NCBI GenBank assembly: GCA_040289475.1
Contig: PSLF01000003.1
Coordinates: 91,418-155,417, forward strand
Length of the DNA: 64,000 nucleotides
Direction: 5' to 3'
Origin: Acidimicrobiia bacterium
Lineage (GTDB): Bacteria > Actinomycetota > Acidimicrobiia > ATN3 > PSLF01
Position 1 is the stretch's first letter, and each line of letters opens with the position of its first letter. A program made the translations under genes and the position numbers. The notes beneath the pieces were generated by a model. It made no database searches, had not been told where the DNA came from, and saw only the letters and a list, made by a program, of their open reading frames with translations. Of this stretch, positions 57,874 to 64,000 are shown one piece after another.

Positions 57874-58134
57874 CTAAGCATATGAAGCGCAACGCTTTAG
57901 AGCGTCTATGATTTCATCGAGTGAAGGATTGACGAGATACGATCCGCATACCTCTACAGTGGGTACCGTGCGGTAGCCCCCGGTAAACCTCTCGATGATT
58001 CCTGCACACTCCGGGTTGTCTTCTATGTCAACCTCGCAATAGGTGATCTCGGCCTCGTCGAGCTTTCGTTTCAAAGCTTGACAGTAGGTACACCAAATCG
58101 TGGTGTAAATGGTTATCTGAGGCGCTTGCGACAC
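57874..58134 (-). CDS. Glutaredoxin-like protein (NrdH/mycoredoxin type, CxxC)
   Basis: 86 aa. ITIYTTIWCTYCQALKRKL shows a thioredoxin fold with a WCxxC active site. Confidence 0.75.
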   Translation of the reverse strand: MSQAPQITIYTTIWCTYCQALKRKLDEAEITYCEVDIEDNPECAGIIERFTGGYRTVPTVEVCGSYLVNPSLDEIIDALKRCASYA

Positions 58135-58401
58135 TCTCTCCTTCCTCCTTGCTCCCGTATCGATTAGCGGCCCTCTGCAGCTCCATCCAACGCCTTGAGC
58201 TTACTAAGAATTTCGGCGCTTCTCGGCCGTCACGACACGAACTTGCGAACGGCTCATGCACTTGCTTTCCAAAGAAAGCATTTTTTTTAAATGAAGCATT
58301 TTGAGCGAGGATTTCGAGTGAAAAAACTCCACGATTCATATGAAGTCCGTTCAAGAAGCAATCCTTCTTATTCTTGGAACACCCGGGAGGAGTCTCTAGA
58401 C

Positions 58402-59880
58402 GTGAAAACCGAAACACAAAGAGTCGACGATTCGACAGTTCGCTTGAAGGTCGTAGTCGAACCTGACGAGTTCGAACCTGAAATCGAAAAGGCCGCTAGG
58501 GATTTGGCTAGTCGCATCAAGCTCAAGGGGTTCCGAAAAGGGAGGGTTCCCCGACAGGTCCTCGAGGCCCATCTAGGAAGAGGCGCCATTACCGAAGCAG
58601 CAGTCAACTCCTCACTGGGACGCTACTTAGAGGAGGCGGCGCGAGTTGAAGATCTCGAGGTGGTCGCAGAGCCAAAGATCGAGAGTGTGGATGTTTCCAC
58701 AGGGGGCCTTTGCTTCGAGGCGACTCTGAGAGTGATGCCAGAGATCGACACCCCCAAATGGGAAGGGCTTGAAATCGAGATCCCATCTCTTTCCGTTTCT
58801 GACGAAGAAGTAGATAGAGAGATCGATGCATTCAGAGAGCGAGTAGCTCCGCTGGAGCCGGTAGCCAGGCCTGCCAAGGAAAACGACTTCGTCTTGATAG
58901 ATATCACCGGACAGATTCACGGCAAGCCCGTGCCCGGCCTCTCGCTCAAGGACTTCTCATACCAGTTGGGGTCTGGATCGATAGTCCCGAAGCTGGACAA
59001 AGAGCTCGAGAGCAAGCGGCCGGGCGACATTCTCAAGTTCAACGACACCATTAGAGTGCGCCAGGCAACCACATCCGATGAGGCCCGTGCGGCTACGCAA
59101 AGCCGAGAGGAAGCAGACGAAGGACAGCCTCAGGAAGCCACTTTTACGGTGATCGTCAAGGAGGTACGAGAGCGCCGGCCTCAACCGCTCACCGATGCGT
59201 GGGTAGAGGACAACACGGAGTTCGACACCGTTGATCAACTGCGATCCGACGTACGCAAAAAACTTGAGCTGGCCAAGAAGATCGCGGCCCGAAGCGCCGC
59301 ACGCCACCTTGTAGCTTCCAAACTAGCCGAGGCTATAGAGACGGACATCCCCGAAGAAGCCATTGAGGAAGAGGTAGCAGATATAGCCAGGCGCTTCAGC
59401 GAGCGACTGCAGCAGGCAGGCCTTTCTTTGGGCCAGTACGCCCGTTCTATCGAAAAGTCTCGAGGTGAGATCGAGTACGAATGGCGTAAGCAAGCCATCT
59501 TCAACTTGAAGTCGGACTTGTGCTTGCGGCGTATTGCCAAGGAGGAAGGAATTGTGGCTACCGAGGAGGACCTGGAAAGAGAGGCCTCGGCGATCGCAGC
59601 TATGGCTGGAGACAGAGCTGACAAGGTCAAAGAGGAGCTTACTAAAGGCCGCCCCGCGCGCTCGCTCGCTGCTGGTATCATCAGATCCAAAGCGCTCGAG
59701 AGGGTCTTAGAAAAGGCAGTGCTGATCCCAGAGGGCGGTGAAGCCATTACCTGGCGCGACCTCTACATCGCAGAGCCGGAAAAGGCCGAAGGACCGCCCG
59801 AAGAATCGAGCACCAACAGTGCCAAAGCCGGCGAAATCCGAGCAAAAGTGAGCACACAGTCAGAACGGCAGGAGAAGTGA
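58402..59880 (+). CDS. tig: Trigger factor
   Basis: GTG at 58402 is preceded by a GGGAGG RBS; the track ORF starts at 58291. Features: ribosome-binding signature GFRKGRVP, PPIase domain and C-terminal arm. A charged tail of about 35 aa ends the protein. Confidence 0.88.
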   Translation: MKTETQRVDDSTVRLKVVVEPDEFEPEIEKAARDLASRIKLKGFRKGRVPRQVLEAHLGRGAITEAAVNSSLGRYLEEAARVEDLEVVAEPKIESVDVSTGGLCFEATLRVMPEIDTPKWEGLEIEIPSLSVSDEEVDREIDAFRERVAPLEPVARPAKENDFVLIDITGQIHGKPVPGLSLKDFSYQLGSGSIVPKLDKELESKRPGDILKFNDTIRVRQATTSDEARAATQSREEADEGQPQEATFTVIVKEVRERRPQPLTDAWVEDNTEFDTVDQLRSDVRKKLELAKKIAARSAARHLVASKLAEAIETDIPEEAIEEEVADIARRFSERLQQAGLSLGQYARSIEKSRGEIEYEWRKQAIFNLKSDLCLRRIAKEEGIVATEEDLEREASAIAAMAGDRADKVKEELTKGRPARSLAAGIIRSKALERVLEKAVLIPEGGEAITWRDLYIAEPEKAEGPPEESSTNSAKAGEIRAKVSTQSERQEK

Positions 59881-59881
59881 G

Positions 59882-60499
59882 ATGAACCGAGCGATCCCGA
59901 GGGCCTACTACATTCCGCGAATCATCGAGCAGACACCGCGGGGCGAATACATCACCGATGTCTTCTCGAAGTTACTCGCCGAGCGCATCATCTTTCTCTA
60001 CGACGAAATCAACTCGGTTGTAGCCAACACGGTCATGGCCCACTTGCTCTACTTGGAAAGCGAGGATCCCGAGAAAGACATCTACTTGTACATCAACTCG
60101 CCAGGAGGAGAAATTACACATCTTTTCGCCATCTACGACACGATGCAGTACATAAAGCCAGATGTCCAGACCTTCTGCATGGGACAGGCAGCCTCGGCTG
60201 CTGCGGTTCTTCTCGCTGCTGGAGCAAAGGGAAAGCGCTACGCCCTTCCCCACGCCCGGGTGCTCATACACCAGCCCCATGGGGGAGCAGGCGGTCAAGC
60301 AGTGGACATCGAGATTCAGGCCCGCGAGATCGTAAGGATGCGCAAAACCTTGGACGAGATTCTTGCTAAGCACACGGGTCAGCCGGTCGAGAAGGTATCG
60401 AAGGATACCGACAGAGATTTCATCATGACCGCCGAGGAAGCCAAGGAGTATGGGATCATTGACGAAGTTTTAACTGTGAGGGAATTGAAGTCGATCTGA
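59882..60499 (+). CDS. clpP: ATP-dependent Clp protease proteolytic subunit
   Basis: 205 aa. The Ser-His-Asp catalytic region ([14 protein letters not shown]..., ...[11 protein letters not shown]...) is typical of ClpP. It lies between tig and clpX. Confidence 0.92.
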   Translation: MNRAIPRAYYIPRIIEQTPRGEYITDVFSKLLAERIIFLYDEINSVVANTVMAHLLYLESEDPEKDIYLYINSPGGEITHLFAIYDTMQYIKPDVQTFCMGQAASAAAVLLAAGAKGKRYALPHARVLIHQPHGGAGGQAVDIEIQAREIVRMRKTLDEILAKHTGQPVEKVSKDTDRDFIMTAEEAKEYGIIDEVLTVRELKSI

Positions 60500-60548
60500 G
60501 ATAGCCGGCCACTTCACCTCAGGCTCAGGGAACACTCAGGAAGCAACA

Positions 60549-61838
60549 GTGGCAAAGTTTGGAAATGGCGACGAGCTTCTAAAATGCAGTTTCTGCGGGA
60601 AATCGCAGAAGCAGGTGAAAAAACTCATAGCTGGCCCGGGCGTGTACATCTGTGACGAGTGCATCGACTTATGTAACGAGATCATCGAGGAGGAGCTCGC
60701 GAGCCAGCAAGGACCTGCGCTCGACGAGATCCCTAAGCCCAAAGAGATCTATGAGTTCCTAAACGACTACGTGATAGGGCAGGAATCGGCCAAAAAAATT
60801 CTCGCTGTGGCCGTGTATAACCACTACAAGCGCGTTCAAGCCGGAGCCTATCACGACAACTCGGTCGAGCTGCAGAAGTCAAACATTCTCCTAATCGGCC
60901 CCACAGGGTGTGGAAAGACCCTTCTAGCCCAGACCCTCGCTAAGATGCTTGACGTTCCTTTTGCCATCGCCGATGCCACGGCGCTCACCGAAGCTGGATA
61001 CGTAGGCGAAGACGTAGAGAACATCTTGCTAAAGCTCATCCAAAACGCTGATTACGACATAAAGAGAGCGGAGCGGGGAATCATCTACATCGACGAGGTT
61101 GACAAGATCGCTCGCAAGTCCGAGAACCCGTCGATCACCCGGGATGTCTCAGGCGAGGGTGTCCAGCAGGCTCTGCTCAAAATCCTCGAGGGCACTACTG
61201 CCTCGGTACCACCCCAGGGAGGCCGCAAGCACCCCCACCAAGAGTTCATTCAGATAGACACGACCAACATCTTGTTCATTTGCGGAGGGGCCTTCGCAGG
61301 GCTCGAAAAAATCATCGAACAGCGGATCGGCCGAAAAAGTCTCGGATTCGGTGCCGACATTCGGAGAGCCGAAGAAAAGGATCTTGGAGAGATACTCTCG
61401 AGAGTGATGCCCGAGGATCTTCTCAAATACGGGCTTATCCCGGAGTTCATCGGGAGGCTTCCCGTGGTGTGCACCGTCCACAACCTGGACAAGGCGTCGC
61501 TGGTGCGAATTCTTACAGAGCCAAAGAACGCGCTAGTGAAGCAGTACAAGAAGTTTTTTGAGCTCGACGGGGTAGAACTTGAGTTCACCGACGACGCCCT
61601 GGAAGCCATTGCCGACCAGGCCCTCCTACGAGGAACTGGGGCCAGGGGGTTGCGGGCAATCATGGAAGAGGTGCTCCTTTCGGTGATGTACGAGATTCCG
61701 AGCCGCACCGACATAGCCCGTTGTGTCGTCGATCGCGAGACAGTGCTGAACGGCGTCAACCCGACGCTCATCCCCAAAGACTCAAAAGCGAAGGCTCAGG
61801 CTGCTAGAACCCAACAACCCACCGAGCGCTCTGCATAA
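60549..61838 (+). CDS. clpX: ATP-dependent Clp protease ATP-binding subunit ClpX
   Basis: 429 aa. Features: N-terminal C4 zinc finger (CSFCGKSQ...CDECIDLC), Walker A GPTGCGKT and ClpX-specific motifs. Confidence 0.92.
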   Translation: MAKFGNGDELLKCSFCGKSQKQVKKLIAGPGVYICDECIDLCNEIIEEELASQQGPALDEIPKPKEIYEFLNDYVIGQESAKKILAVAVYNHYKRVQAGAYHDNSVELQKSNILLIGPTGCGKTLLAQTLAKMLDVPFAIADATALTEAGYVGEDVENILLKLIQNADYDIKRAERGIIYIDEVDKIARKSENPSITRDVSGEGVQQALLKILEGTTASVPPQGGRKHPHQEFIQIDTTNILFICGGAFAGLEKIIEQRIGRKSLGFGADIRRAEEKDLGEILSRVMPEDLLKYGLIPEFIGRLPVVCTVHNLDKASLVRILTEPKNALVKQYKKFFELDGVELEFTDDALEAIADQALLRGTGARGLRAIMEEVLLSVMYEIPSRTDIARCVVDRETVLNGVNPTLIPKDSKAKAQAARTQQPTERSA

Positions 61839-61973
61839 TCTGGCTTACACGATCGCTCGACAGCCTTGATCTAATCTTCGCTACATCCTCGGTGGTTCTT
61901 TTTAGACTTCAACTCTCGAGTCCCTACAAACGCTTGTTTTTACTCGTTTCGTAGCACTTTCGAGGCTTTCGAG

Positions 61974-64000
61974 ATGGCAGAAACAAACACTAGACAATCC
62001 GACCAATCTTTCCCAAAGACGTACGAACCGTCTATCGCCGAGGCTAAGTGGTACGAGGTGTGGGAGAGCCGAGGATACTTCCGCCCCGAAATCAACCCCA
62101 ATGGAGAGCCCTACTGTATTGTCCTTCCGCCCCCCAACATAACCGGTAGCCTTCACATGGGCCACGCCTTTGAACACGCCCTCATCGATGCCACAATTCG
62201 CCGGAAACGGATGCAAGGTTATGCCACCTTATGGCTTCCTGGAACCGACCACGCCGGCATAGCAACTCAAAACGTCGTCGAACGTCAACTGGCCGAGGAA
62301 GGGCTTACTCGTCACGACTTGGGCCGAGAGGCTTTTTTGGAGCGGGTGTGGAAGTGGAAGGAAATCGCTGGAGGCGAGATCCTCCAACAAATGCGAAAAA
62401 TGGGGAACTCCTGTGACTGGAGCCGCACCCGTTTCACGATGGAACCAGCCCTATCTCGGGCGGTACGAGAAGTTTTCGTAAGGCTGTACAAGGAAGGGCT
62501 CATTTACAGGGGCGAGCGGATCATCAACTGGTGTCCACGCTGCAACACAGCCCTTTCTGACATAGAGGTCGATCACGAAGAGATCGAGGGCGAGATCGTC
62601 GAGATCCTCTATCCCTATGCGCACTCGGACTCCGGCAAAGGCACACCCGAAGGAATCGTGGTCGCAACCACTCGAGTCGAAACCATGCTGGGCGACACGG
62701 CCGTTGCAGTCCACCCTTCCGACGAGCGCTACTCCTCTGCCGCTGGCAGATCAGTGATCTTGCCAATAAAACAGTGCCGCATCCCTGTGATCCAAGACGA
62801 GGCTGTGGATCCCGAGTTCGGGACAGGGGCCGTCAAGGTCACTCCCGGTCACGATCCCACCGACTTCGAGATCGGAGAGCGCCACTCCCTTCCGATAGTC
62901 AACATCTTCAACCCCGACGCAACATTGAACGAAGAGGGCGGGGAGTTCGCGGGGCTTGATCGCTTCGAAGCTCGAAGAAAGATCAAAGAGAAGCTTCAGG
63001 AGTTGGGACTTTTAGTATCCGAGCGCTCCTACACGCATGCCGTGGGCCATTGCCAGCGATGCGAAACCCAAGTCGAACCCCTCGTTTCCAAGCAATGGTT
63101 CGTAAAAGTTCGGCCTCTCTCCGAGCCAGCTCTAAAAGCGGTCCTAGATGGAAGAACAAAGTTCTTTCCAGAGCGATGGGTAAAAATCTACAGGGACTGG
63201 CTAGAGAACATTAGGGACTGGTGTATTTCCAGACAACTGTGGTGGGGACACCAGATTCCCGTTTTCTACTGCAACTCATGCGGGGCCGAGATTTGCGAGA
63301 ACGAGGATCCAGATCAATGCCCACAGTGTAGCTCCCAAGATATAGAGCAAGACCCAGACGTCTTAGACACCTGGTTCTCCTCGGCTCTGTGGCCCTTTTC
63401 TACTTTGGGATGGCCCGAAGAAACAGAGGACCTAAAAAGGTTCTACCCGAACTCGATGCTGCACACCGGCTTTGACATTATTTTCTTTTGGGTCGCACGA
63501 ATGATGCAGATGGGAATCCACTTCATGGGAGACGTCCCCTTCTACCACGTTGCTTACCACGGCTTGGTGCGGGACTCAAAGGGTCGCAAAATGTCGAAGT
63601 CTTTTGGCAACGTGATAGACCCTTTGGAACTGGCGGGCAAGTATGGTGCTGACTCTTTGAGATGGGCACTAACGCGGGCTGCAACGCCCGGCCAAGATGT
63701 CCCCCTCTCCGAGGAGTGGGTCGAGGGTGCCAGACACTTCATCAACAAGTTATGGAACGCCTCGCGCTACGTTTGCTTGACGTTGGAAGGCGAGAGTCTT
63801 GCATCTCTATCTGAGCAAGCTCCCTCCGACGACCTGCCGACCCGCTGGATATTTTCCAGACTCCGAAAGACGATCCGAGCAGTAGACGAGGCATTCGACT
63901 GTTATAACTTTGCAGAGGCGCTCCGGCACATCCATGCTTTCTTTTGGAGCGAGTTCTGCGACTGGTACGTAGAGCTCACCAAGTCGCAACTGGCCGAGAC
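61974..64000 (+). CDS. valS: Valyl-tRNA synthetase, 5' portion; the gene runs off the window end
   Basis: The frame is open from ATG 61974 to the window end. MAETNTRQSDQSFPKTYEPSIAEAKWYEVWESRGYF...PPPNITGSLHMGHAF shows a class-I HIGH motif and the KMSKS-region segment ...GRKMSKSFGNV.... Confidence 0.88.
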   Translation, partial: MAETNTRQSDQSFPKTYEPSIAEAKWYEVWESRGYFRPEINPNGEPYCIVLPPPNITGSLHMGHAFEHALIDATIRRKRMQGYATLWLPGTDHAGIATQNVVERQLAEEGLTRHDLGREAFLERVWKWKEIAGGEILQQMRKMGNSCDWSRTRFTMEPALSRAVREVFVRLYKEGLIYRGERIINWCPRCNTALSDIEVDHEEIEGEIVEILYPYAHSDSGKGTPEGIVVATTRVETMLGDTAVAVHPSDERYSSAAGRSVILPIKQCRIPVIQDEAVDPEFGTGAVKVTPGHDPTDFEIGERHSLPIVNIFNPDATLNEEGGEFAGLDRFEARRKIKEKLQELGLLVSERSYTHAVGHCQRCETQVEPLVSKQWFVKVRPLSEPALKAVLDGRTKFFPERWVKIYRDWLENIRDWCISRQLWWGHQIPVFYCNSCGAEICENEDPDQCPQCSSQDIEQDPDVLDTWFSSALWPFSTLGWPEETEDLKRFYPNSMLHTGFDIIFFWVARMMQMGIHFMGDVPFYHVAYHGLVRDSKGRKMSKSFGNVIDPLELAGKYGADSLRWALTRAATPGQDVPLSEEWVEGARHFINKLWNASRYVCLTLEGESLASLSEQAPSDDLPTRWIFSRLRKTIRAVDEAFDCYNFAEALRHIHAFFWSEFCDWYVELTKSQLAE

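Noticed and set aside
1-64000. CRISPR arrays, transposases, integrases, rRNA genes, toxin-antitoxin pairs
   Set aside because: No regularly spaced direct repeats or recognisable mobile-element or defence enzymes were seen anywhere in the window.

Overview
This 64-kb window is a gene-dense chromosomal segment from a high-GC (about 57-62% by eye) Gram-positive-type (Terrabacteria/Actinobacteria-like) genome. A mycothiol-type (TIGR03083) enzyme supports the actinobacterial affinity, and the gene order follows the ancient Bacillus-like core synteny.

Core genes, in order along the window:
- **0.4-3.3 kb:** a CitE-like CoA-ester lyase, an acyl-CoA dehydrogenase and a MaoC dehydratase form a catabolic trio.
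- **3.3-5.7 kb:** GDP-mannose 4,6-dehydratase (gmd) and a MiaB-family tRNA methylthiotransferase (mtaB).
- **5.8-12.4 kb:** a minus-strand string of an XRE regulator, dnaJ, hrcA, hemW and lepA, with rpsT transcribed divergently.
- **12.6-19.1 kb:** a collinear minus-strand string of holA, a folP-like gene, an ABC-2 exporter, comEC and comEA.
- **19.4-24.0 kb:** leuS, a divergently transcribed response regulator with a degenerate GGDEF domain, and tRNA-Ala.
- **24.3-25.9 kb:** a beta-carbonic anhydrase and a Tat-signal lipase.
- **25.9-32.3 kb:** a segment of visibly lower G+C (about 45-50%) with AT-rich intergenic regions. It carries a four-gene type-IV (pseudo)pilin-like cassette, a TIGR03083 enzyme and an NTF2/SnoaL-like protein.
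- **32.4-39.8 kb:** an amidohydrolase, two tandem CBS-pair proteins, a secreted beta-propeller, a nitroreductase, rsfS, an LCP protein with an apparently frameshifted N-terminus, and nadD.
- **39.7-42.8 kb:** a translationally coupled MoxR-(unknown)-VWA triad.
- **42.8-49.8 kb:** proA, proB, obg, rpmA, rplU, a short RNase E/G and a TIGR03936-like (DUF2344) protein.
- **49.7-57.2 kb:** a TIGR03960-like radical-SAM protein, rodA, mrdA, mreD, mreC and mreB.
- **57.7-64.0 kb:** tRNA-Gly and tRNA-Pro, a glutaredoxin-like protein, tig, clpP, clpX and the 5' part of valS.

No CRISPR array, integrase, transposase or rRNA was seen. The most notable candidates for undescribed biology are:
- the low-GC pilin-like cassette, which lacks any assembly ATPase, platform protein or prepilin peptidase;
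- the MoxR-unknown-VWA ternary operon;
- the response regulator with an I-site-retaining but catalytically dead GGDEF domain and a long disordered tail;
- the folP-like gene coupled to an ABC-2 exporter.
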